Assembly: GCA_038736825.1 (NCBI GenBank) | Contig: JAVYME010000009.1 | Coordinates: forward strand, 1 to 30,079 | From: Candidatus Iainarchaeum sp. | GTDB lineage: Archaea; Iainarchaeota; Iainarchaeia; Iainarchaeales; DTGL01 | Reading direction: 5' to 3' | DNA length: 30,079 bases | In this document: in pieces, positions 23,875 to 30,079 of the stretch | Layout of the letters: every line of letters starts with the position of its first letter | Numbering within the stretch: the stretch's first letter is position 1 | Notes under the pieces: model-generated | The model's input: the letters and a program-made list of their open reading frames with translations, nothing else | Database searches by the model: none | What the model was told of the DNA's origin: nothing | Program-made: the position numbers and the translations under genes

Positions 23875-24218
23875 TTCCAGCCCTTTTCTAAAAATTCACT
23901 GAAAAAGCCCAGTTCTTCTTCGGGTTCCTTTCCAGAACCAACTATTTTTATTTGCAGTTTTGCTTTTTTTGCAATTTTAAACAATGCAAAAAACTTTTTG
24001 AAAAGTTCTTTTCTTTCCTTTTGACTGCCTTCAAGGAATTCTTCAAAGGAAATGTAAAATTCTTTTCCGCTTTCTGCAGCCTTCTTTAATGCTTGCAAGT
24101 CAAAGCTTTTCTGGTTTTCCGGTCTTAAGAGAACTTTTTTTGTTTTTTTGTCCTGCAACAAGCAGGCGAGTTCTTTCAGGTTTTTTGCTTCCCTGAATTC
24201 TTGTAATGCAGTGGTCAT
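23871..24218 (-). CDS. Small protein resembling the C-terminal half of RNase P protein component 3 (Rpp30)
   Basis: 115 aa, directly downstream of rpl15e, where archaea often carry rnp3. VLLRPENQKSFDLQALKKAAESGKEFYISFEEFL ... FALFKIAKKAKLQIKIVGSGKEPEEELGF parallels the Rpp30 C-terminal strands and helices (ISP..R.D.GID..LAK....NVA..FS..PLL ... L..KY.V....TS.A....LR.P.DL). Pattern-level similarity only. Confidence 0.35.
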   Translation of the reverse strand: MTTALQEFREAKNLKELACLLQDKKTKKVLLRPENQKSFDLQALKKAAESGKEFYISFEEFLEGSQKERKELFKKFFALFKIAKKAKLQIKIVGSGKEPEEELGFFSEFLEKGWK

Positions 24219-24252
24219 TGCAAGAATTAGATTGAAAAAGGTTTAAAGGGTG

Positions 24253-24858
24253 TTATTTTAGCCTGTTGCCGTGGGCTGCTGCGCTTGGCCTGGCTTTTTC
24301 GTAGCCTTTGCCTTTGCCTCTTAAAGCGCGGGCTTTTTTGCCTGCACTAGTGAGTCCGCGTTCAACCCTGCCTTTTTGTTTGTTTGAGCAAATCCAGTTT
24401 ATTGTTTTGTCTGCAATTATTTCTGGCGCGCTTGTGTCAACCAAAATGACTTCAAAGTATTTGTGTTTGCCGTCTTCTCCAACCAAATAGGAATTAAGAA
24501 CTTCGCAATTCTTGAATTTGTCGCTTGCTCTTCCTTCTGCAATTGTTTGAATGTTTTTTTTCATTGTCAGTTTTTCAATTCCCTGCTTTTTTGGTTTTCT
24601 TCTTGAGCGCGCTCTTTCGTGCTTTCCACCGCCTTTTCTTATGCGCACCCTTGCAATCAAAAAGCCTTTTTTTGCCTTGTAGCCTAATGCGTGGGCTTTC
24701 GGTGGATTTGTTGGTTTTTCCACTCTTACAACAGCGCTTTTTTCTTTACGGTATTGCAAAAGCCTTTCGCGCTTTATTGCTTTGTAATTGTAATTGGCGT
24801 CTTTTTTGCCAGCCATTTCCTTTTCAAAGGTTTCTTGAATGTATTTTCCTGCACCCAT
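24253..24858 (-). CDS. rpl15e: 50S ribosomal protein eL15 (L15e)
   Basis: MGAGKYIQETF start (ATG at 24858; the track GTG at 24867 adds 3 aa). Basic core RVRIRKGGGKHERARSRRKPK and length typical of L15e. Confidence 0.9.
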   Translation of the reverse strand: MGAGKYIQETFEKEMAGKKDANYNYKAIKRERLLQYRKEKSAVVRVEKPTNPPKAHALGYKAKKGFLIARVRIRKGGGKHERARSRRKPKKQGIEKLTMKKNIQTIAEGRASDKFKNCEVLNSYLVGEDGKHKYFEVILVDTSAPEIIADKTINWICSNKQKGRVERGLTSAGKKARALRGKGKGYEKARPSAAAHGNRLK

Positions 24859-24934
24859 AAAAACCACAAAAAAAGAGCATTAAAGCACTTACGATTAATT
24901 AATCCTTATAGGCAAGAAATTTAAAGGTATTGGC

Positions 24935-25936
24935 ATGGCTGCTGGTTGTGCTTATTCAAAGCTGTTCGGGCTGGAAAGAGGGATTAAAAAAGGCGACAAG
25001 TGCCTCAAGTGTGGCTCCAAGGCAGCAATCCTTTTGCCTTATGGGCCTCAAAAATTTTGCGAAAGGCATTTTCTTGATCTTGTGGAGCGAAGGGTCAAAA
25101 AGACTATTCGTGCAAACTCGCTTTTCCAAAAAGGCGACAAGCTTGCGGTTGGGTGCAGCGGGGGCAAGGATTCAACGCTTGCACTCTACTTGTTGCAAAA
25201 ATTTTTTTCTAAAACCAATCCAATAACTGCAATACTAATAGATGAAGGCATTCCCGGGTATAGGGATAAGGCGCTCCAGGTTGCAAAAGCAAACTGCAAG
25301 GCGTGGAATATTCCCTTCAAGGAATGTTCTTTCAAGAAAGAGTTTGGCATTACAATGAAAGAGGTTGCTTTAAAAATAAAAAAAGCAAAAAACCAAAATT
25401 TTGGCTCTCCTTGCACTTTTTGTGGCACCTTCCGCCGTTCTCTTTTGAATCGTGCAGCGCGCTCCATTAAGGCTGATTGTATTGCCACAGGGCATAATTT
25501 GGATGACGAAACCCAAAGCATTTTGATGAATATTTGCGATAATGACTGGAAGCGTTTTCCAAGGAGTGGAGCGAAAAGCGGTGTTGCCAACAGCGATGGG
25601 TTTGTGCAAAGAATAAAGCCCTTGTGTGAAATTCCAGAGCGCGAAGTGTTTTATTACCTTCAATTTGCTGGCATTGAAGCCTATGCTGGGGACTGTTGTC
25701 CTTTTAGCAGTCAAGCGAAAAGGAACGATTATCGTGCCATATTAAACCAACTGGAGGAAAAATATCCTGGCACTAAATATTCTTTATGGAAGTTTTATAC
25801 CGCCTTAAAACCAAAAATATCTTTTTCTTTTAATGTAAAAGGTTCAAAGATAAAAAAATGCCGAAAATGTGGAGAGCCCTCTGCTGGGGAAAAATGCGAG
25901 GCTTGCGCCAAAACTGAACTAATAAAATCGCTTTAG
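24935..25936 (+). CDS. PP-loop tRNA 2-thiolation enzyme, TtuA / NcsA (Ncs6/Ctu1) family
   Basis: 333 aa. N-terminal zinc finger CLKC...CERH, PP-loop VGCSGGKDS, Fe-S ligand candidates CTFCG and CCPF, C-terminal zinc finger CRKC...CEAC. Confidence 0.82.
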   Translation: MAAGCAYSKLFGLERGIKKGDKCLKCGSKAAILLPYGPQKFCERHFLDLVERRVKKTIRANSLFQKGDKLAVGCSGGKDSTLALYLLQKFFSKTNPITAILIDEGIPGYRDKALQVAKANCKAWNIPFKECSFKKEFGITMKEVALKIKKAKNQNFGSPCTFCGTFRRSLLNRAARSIKADCIATGHNLDDETQSILMNICDNDWKRFPRSGAKSGVANSDGFVQRIKPLCEIPEREVFYYLQFAGIEAYAGDCCPFSSQAKRNDYRAILNQLEEKYPGTKYSLWKFYTALKPKISFSFNVKGSKIKKCRKCGEPSAGEKCEACAKTELIKSL

Positions 25937-25941
25937 TTTTC

Positions 25942-26787
25942 TTAACCCAATTCCAGTGCTTTGCACTGGCTTTTCGCGCCAAGTTTTCGTCCTATTCTTT
26001 CAAGCCTTGCAATGCTTTCCAAAGCCTTTCTTTTTGGAATTCCCAGCCTTTTCGCAATTACGCTAACATTCAAATTTTCGCTTTTTTCTTTTTCTAGGGC
26101 ATTCAATACCCTTAAATCCTGCCAAGCCTTTTCCCGCGCTTGGGGATTGGAATGCAGAGTGAAAACAACAATAGTGGATTCTCCAGCAAAGCGCTTTTCT
26201 TCGGGCCCCAAACCATAAGTTTCTAATTCGTATGCTGTTTTAATCCTGCATTTTTTTTCGTCCAATGGCGCCCTATAAATTTTTGCAATTTCTCGCAAAG
26301 CACTGTCAATCAAACTGTTTGTTTCAATGCCGCCCCTGACAATTTTTGCCCCAAAACGGTTCAAGAGAGACCTCACCAGGGCAAGCTGGAGTGCCCCGTC
26401 ATGCAATGGAATTGGTTCAAAACTGAAAGACCAATCGTAAATTCCAGTGCGGCGCGGTTGAAGCGATGCCTCTCTAACCTTAAAACTTTCAATTTTTGGG
26501 TTTTTTCTTTTTGCTTTTTCCACCATGCCTTTTGAAACATCCGTAAAGGTTACTCTTGAATTTTCTGAAAGCGCTCTAGCCCAGTTTCCATGGCATCCTG
26601 CAAAAACCAAAACCCTTGCATTTTTTTCAATTCCAAGCTTTTGCAAAAGCATTGGATCGCGTGGAACAATTGACTGTCGGCCATCTGATGTTGTAGGCCA
26701 AGAATTCAATTTTGCCCATTCAAAGATTTTCCTTTTGCTTGGAATCTTAACCCAGTGCGATTTTTTGGCTGGTTTTGCTGGCTGCAT
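25942..26787 (-). CDS. Hypothetical protein: class I methyltransferase-like N-terminal region with atypical motif I plus C-terminal helix-turn-helix
   Basis: 281 aa. ARVLVFAGCHGNWARAL...VTFTDVSKGMVEKAKR resembles SAM-MTase motifs I/II but lacks the GxGxG consensus. The C-terminus NVSVIAKRLGIPKRKALESIARLERIG is HTH-like. Confidence 0.55.
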   Translation of the reverse strand: MQPAKPAKKSHWVKIPSKRKIFEWAKLNSWPTTSDGRQSIVPRDPMLLQKLGIEKNARVLVFAGCHGNWARALSENSRVTFTDVSKGMVEKAKRKNPKIESFKVREASLQPRRTGIYDWSFSFEPIPLHDGALQLALVRSLLNRFGAKIVRGGIETNSLIDSALREIAKIYRAPLDEKKCRIKTAYELETYGLGPEEKRFAGESTIVVFTLHSNPQAREKAWQDLRVLNALEKEKSENLNVSVIAKRLGIPKRKALESIARLERIGRKLGAKSQCKALELG

Positions 26788-26920
26788 TCATTACCACTTT
26801 ATTCAAAAGAGTTTAAAAAAAAGAGTTGTATTGCACTCAAGGAGGGGTTGTTGTTAATTCTCGATAAACCGCAAGGAATGCCAAGTGTTTCTATTGCACT
26901 GTTTTTTGGGCTTTAACGAC

Positions 26921-26934
26921 ATTTTAAAACTTTT
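26921..26934 (+). promoter_or_regulatory. AT-rich TATA-like element upstream of tRNA-Val
   Basis: ATTTTAAAACTTTT lies 30-43 nt upstream of the mature 5' end, which implies a short leader. Confidence 0.3.
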
Positions 26935-26963
26935 CCGCTGGAATTCTTATTCTATTCTTGCAA

Positions 26964-27035
26964 GGGCCTGTAGTCTAGTGGTTAGGACGCGACCCTGACA
27001 CGGTCGCAGCGGCGGTCCGATTCCGCCCGGGCCCA
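26964..27035 (+). tRNA. tRNA-Val (anticodon GAC), no encoded CCA
   Basis: Hand-folded. Acceptor GGGCCTG/CGGGCCC (one U-G), D arm GTCT-AGTGGTTA-GGAC, anticodon arm CGACC-CTGACAC-GGTCG, 4-nt variable CAGC, T arm GGCGG-TCCGATT-CCGCC, discriminator A. The T loop reads UCC instead of the usual UUC. Confidence 0.85.
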
Positions 27036-27042
27036 TTATTCG

Positions 27043-27052
27043 TTTTTTTTTT
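27043..27052 (+). terminator. Oligo-T terminator after tRNA-Val
   Basis: A run of 10 T starts 8 nt after the tRNA 3' end. Confidence 0.5.
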
Positions 27053-27070
27053 GAAGAAGCAGTTATTGCT

Positions 27071-29395
27071 TTATTTTTTTTCTTCTTTTGGTGCTTGCTG
27101 CATTTTTTCAAGGCTTGCGCCTATGGCTTTAGAAAAGTTTTTCTCGAAGTGGTCTAATTCGTCCATTTTTTGGTCTATCATTTTCATGCGTAAATTGAAT
27201 TGTGCTTCCATTTGTTTTGTGCTGGCATTGAATGCTTGAATGCGCTGGTTGAATTTTTCTATGTTGGAGTCGATTGCCTTCAAGAACTGGTCTTTGAAAA
27301 GGTTTAGTTCTTTTGCTCTTGCTTGTAATTCTTCTGCGCCAACCGCTTTTAGTGCTTCTGCTCTTGCTTGTTCTTTTGCTTTTTCCATTGCTTCAAGGTG
27401 GGCTTTCATTTTTGCAGTCATTGCTGCGTCGACTTCTTTTAATGCGGTTTGGGCGAGCCTTTTTCTTATTGTGAGCAAGTCCATTGCTGCGTATGGTTCA
27501 AGTCCTTTTAAGAGGGCTGCTTTTTTGCTTATTAGTTCTTCTGCTTGTGCTGAAATTGCTTTCAGTTCTTCTTGTGTTGCTTTTTCGAATTCTTTTAGTT
27601 CGCTTTTTGCTTTGATTATTTCAGAATTGGTTTGTGATATAAGGTTGCCTTTTATTGAGTTCATTTCTTCCATTTTTTTGTTTATTTCTGCTAGTTTTGC
27701 GTCATATCCTGATTTCATTTTTTCTATTTCTGTTTCTTTTGGTTTTATTTTTTCATTGTATTCTTTTTCTATGGCGTTCATTCTGCTTTTTATTTTTTCA
27801 TCGATTTCTTTGTCTATGCCTTCAAGTTCTTCGGCTTTTTCTTGTGCTTTCCTTATTGCTTCTTCAAGTTTTTTGTTTGCTTGAGTGCTTTTTTCTTCTA
27901 TTTCAGCCAAGCGTTTTCTTATTTTTTCACTGTATTCTCTTTCAATGCTTGCCACTTGCGCGTTTATGGTGTTGCTTATTTCTGCCCTTATCTTGTCTTT
28001 TGCTTTTTCTAACTCTGCAAGCCTTGCTTTCACTCTTTCTGGGTCTATTTTGCTTACTAGTTCGCTGAATTTTTTTATTTCTTCGTTTATTTTTGCTTCA
28101 AGTTCTTTTTGGTTTTCAAATTTCACTCTTTCAATTTTTTCCCTTGCTTCATTCATTACGTCTTCTATTACTTCTGATTCTAGTTCCAGCGTTTTGGTTA
28201 CTCTTGAGTCCAAGCGCTTTATTTCTGCTTGTGCTTTGGCGATAAAGTCTGCTGTTTCGTTTCTTGATTCTTTGAGTGCTGCTTCTACTTCTCTGAAGAG
28301 TGATTCTTTTAATTCGGCTGATTCTTTTTGTGCTTTGTCAAACTTTTCAGCCAGCACTGAATCCAGTTCTTTTATGTAGGCAATTCTTTTTTCTTCAAGG
28401 TCTTCTTGCAGGGTTTTCAGCCTGCCTTTTTGTTCTTCCCTTATTTCTTTTCTTGCAGTGTCTTTTGCTTTGGCTATTTCTTTTAGCGAGGATTCTCTTG
28501 CAATTTGCAGTTCTTTTGTGGTTTTAGCCAGGTTTGCTTCAAATTCTTTTGTGAAGGCCGAGATTTCGTTTTCTAGTTCTTTTTTTGAATTTGTTGCCTT
28601 TTCCTCCATTTCTTTTCTGAAGGAGGTGATTTCTTCTTCTAGTTCTTTTCTTTCCTTTTCAACGAATTTTCTGAGGCTGTCACTGTTTTCTCTTGCTTTT
28701 TCCAAGAGCTGTGTTATGCCTTCAGCGCGAGTGTTTTCTATTCTTTTGCTGATTTCCTCTATTTCCACTCTCAATTTTTCGTGTTTTTTCTCCCATTGCC
28801 CGAGCTCTTCAAGCCCGCGATTCATTTCCTCGTTTATTCTCCTTATTTCCTTTACTCTTTGTTCTAAAATTTCGTCCACTTCTTCCTTCTTTTTTTCCAT
28901 TTCAGAGCTTATTTTTTCGCTTAAAAGCGCGCTTTTAGAGGTAATGAGTGTTGAGATTTTTTTGTATTCTCGGTCCAAGCCGTCTGTTATTTTTTTGTCT
29001 ATTGTTGCATCCAAGTCTTCCTTTATTGCCTTTATTTCTTCCACTTTTTTGTTTACTGTTGCCATTACGGCTTTTTCCCATGATTCGCGCTCTCTTTTTT
29101 TGTCAGATTCTTCCTCTAAGCCTTCTGAGAGCCTTTTCATCAAGTCTTCTTCTGCATCTGGCAAGATTTCAGGTATTTCCTCGCTTTCCGGTTCTGGTTC
29201 AGGCATTGGCATTGGGGCTGGCGGCTGTTTTTGAACTGCTGCTTTTTTTGGGCCTCTTACTTCTTCCAGAATTTGTTTTGCTTCTTTTTCTTGTATGCCA
29301 ACGTCTCGCAAGTTTTTTATTATTTCTTCGTCGCTTAAGTCCAGTGCTATCAGTTTTCTGACTGATTCCAAGATAATGCTTTTTTTGTCCTGCAT
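27071..29395 (-). CDS. Large K/E-rich coiled-coil protein of unknown function
   Basis: 774 aa. About 45 aa of N-terminal short helices (SVRKLIALDLSDEEIIKNLRDVGIQEKEAKQILEEV), a Pro/Glu-rich linker (QPPAPMPMPEPEPESEE), then about 680 aa of heptad-like sequence with internal repeats. No TM segment, signal peptide or P-loop. Confidence 0.8.
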   Translation of the reverse strand: MQDKKSIILESVRKLIALDLSDEEIIKNLRDVGIQEKEAKQILEEVRGPKKAAVQKQPPAPMPMPEPEPESEEIPEILPDAEEDLMKRLSEGLEEESDKKRERESWEKAVMATVNKKVEEIKAIKEDLDATIDKKITDGLDREYKKISTLITSKSALLSEKISSEMEKKKEEVDEILEQRVKEIRRINEEMNRGLEELGQWEKKHEKLRVEIEEISKRIENTRAEGITQLLEKARENSDSLRKFVEKERKELEEEITSFRKEMEEKATNSKKELENEISAFTKEFEANLAKTTKELQIARESSLKEIAKAKDTARKEIREEQKGRLKTLQEDLEEKRIAYIKELDSVLAEKFDKAQKESAELKESLFREVEAALKESRNETADFIAKAQAEIKRLDSRVTKTLELESEVIEDVMNEAREKIERVKFENQKELEAKINEEIKKFSELVSKIDPERVKARLAELEKAKDKIRAEISNTINAQVASIEREYSEKIRKRLAEIEEKSTQANKKLEEAIRKAQEKAEELEGIDKEIDEKIKSRMNAIEKEYNEKIKPKETEIEKMKSGYDAKLAEINKKMEEMNSIKGNLISQTNSEIIKAKSELKEFEKATQEELKAISAQAEELISKKAALLKGLEPYAAMDLLTIRKRLAQTALKEVDAAMTAKMKAHLEAMEKAKEQARAEALKAVGAEELQARAKELNLFKDQFLKAIDSNIEKFNQRIQAFNASTKQMEAQFNLRMKMIDQKMDELDHFEKNFSKAIGASLEKMQQAPKEEKK

Positions 29396-29524
29396 TCAGG
29401 CTCACATTCCAAATCTATAATAGCCTATGTGCTATAAAAACCTTTTCAAATGCAGTTTTTTGTAAAACTTTTGCTTGTTTGAGTTCAATGAATTGTTTTT
29501 TTTCCAGCCGTTTCCCTTTGTGAG

Positions 29525-29596
<72 letters not shown>

Positions 29597-29618
29597 TTTA
29601 TATGAATAAGTGGGCGCT

Positions 29619-29631
29619 AAAATATTTTAAA
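29619..29631 (-). promoter_or_regulatory. TATA-like element upstream of tRNA-Ala
   Basis: The minus strand reads TTTAAAATATTTT, about 23-35 nt upstream of the mature 5' G. Confidence 0.35.
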
Positions 29632-29653
29632 CAATCAGATTGGTTGAATGGGC

Positions 29654-29884
29654 TTATATTGCTATTAGTATTATGCTGTCGCCTCTTACCATGATTTTTT
29701 GGTGTTTTTCCCTTTCTTCAGTGCCATCGTCTTTTTTTGTTGTTTCTTCTGCGTTTTCTAGGACGAGGTTTAAGTGGATGTCATAGGCTTTTAGTATGCC
29801 GCTTATGGTGCGATTGCCCTTTAATTTCACCAAAACTTGCTGGTTTGTTGCTTTTGTCAGGTCGTCGAAAGGTCTAGCGCTCAT
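29654..29884 (-). CDS. Sm-like archaeal protein (LSm/SmAP)
   Basis: 76 aa. Sm1 motif VLVKLKGNRTISGILKAYDIHLNLVLENAEE and Sm2 motif IMVRGDSIILI. The start overlaps the upstream stop (ATGA). Confidence 0.88.
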   Translation of the reverse strand: MSARPFDDLTKATNQQVLVKLKGNRTISGILKAYDIHLNLVLENAEETTKKDDGTEEREKHQKIMVRGDSIILIAI

Positions 29885-30079
29885 TGAATTGCCTCCTTTT
29901 TTTTGCCAAACAGTTTTCCAAATATTTTTCCAAAGAATGATGGTGGTCTTTCTGGTTTTATTTCTATTTTTGTGCCGCCCCCTAGTTTTGCTGCAATGTC
30001 AATGACTGCTTTTGCTGCAGGCGAGTCTGGTTTGCGCAAAATGAAGGGTTTTGCGTCTTTTGCAATAATGCTTTTTCTC
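29881..30079 (-). CDS. C-terminal fragment of a MinD/ParA/Mrp-type P-loop ATPase (5' end outside window)
   Basis: Not in the ORF track because there is no start in the window. The minus frame from 30078 reads RKSIIAKDAKPFILRKPDSPAAKAVIDIAAKLGGGTKIEIKPERPPSFFGKIFGKLFGKKKEAIQ*. The PFIL..PDSPAAKA..DIA pattern is typical of MinD/Mrp C-termini, and the tail is an amphipathic basic helix like a MinD membrane-targeting sequence. Confidence 0.45.
   Translation of the reverse strand, partial: RKSIIAKDAKPFILRKPDSPAAKAVIDIAAKLGGGTKIEIKPERPPSFFGKIFGKLFGKKKEAIQ

Noticed and set aside
26829-26900. 9-nt direct repeat TATTGCACT (26829-26837 and 26892-26900) upstream of tRNA-Val. Also considered: the idea that 26964-29596, between two tRNAs, is an integrated element.
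   Set aside because: The repeat is too short to be distinguishable from chance by eye. There is no integrase, no duplicated tRNA 3' fragment and no obvious compositional break. The interval holds a single gene.
27240-29361. Series of long plus-strand ORFs (214, 137, 164, 75, 258 and 137 aa) antisense to the 774-aa coiled-coil gene.
   Set aside because: Same artefact as above: antisense of a K/E-rich gene gives stop-free F/S/L-rich frames. The ORFs are fragmented across frames and show no motifs.

Overview
Gene-dense, AT-rich archaeal chromosome segment. All calls come from reading the ORF track and raw sequence by eye; no alignments, folds or statistics were run.

Evidence for an archaeon:
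- Eukaryote-like information-processing genes: RpoK, eS17, eL15, aEF-1beta, Pelota, ABCE1, LSm, Rad50, Elp3 and a class-I CCA-adding enzyme.
- A tRNA intron at position 37/38 with bulge-helix-bulge-like pairing.
- TATA-like boxes, oligo-T terminators, and many 1-16 nt start/stop overlaps.
- The compaction and reduced gene versions suggest a small-genome (DPANN-type) archaeon. This is inference only.

I call about 36 protein genes, 3 tRNAs (Arg-UCG with a 90-nt intron, Val-GAC, Ala-GGC; none encodes CCA) and a few promoter or terminator candidates. The window is rich in tRNA maturation and modification functions: cca, taw3, elp3, a TtuA/NcsA-type thiolase, ThpR, and a half-size Rpp30-like gene. 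I found no CRISPR array, cas gene, transposase, integrase or rRNA.

Regions not explained by housekeeping, in window order:
1. A PolB-like protein with degenerate catalytic motifs at the left edge.
2. A wHTH, mini CARF-like and membrane-anchored PD-(D/E)xK nuclease trio at 12.2-13.6 kb, with a GC-rich structured spacer.
3. A four-gene pilin-like cluster with class III signal peptides at 17.3-18.9 kb, separated from a lone PilB/FlaI-type ATPase at 6.4-7.9 kb.
4. An overlapped operon joining a half-size Rpp30-like gene, an MtnA-type isomerase, a class II aldolase and a macro-HD fusion at 21.3-24.2 kb.
5. A 774-aa coiled-coil ORFan bracketed by two tRNA genes.
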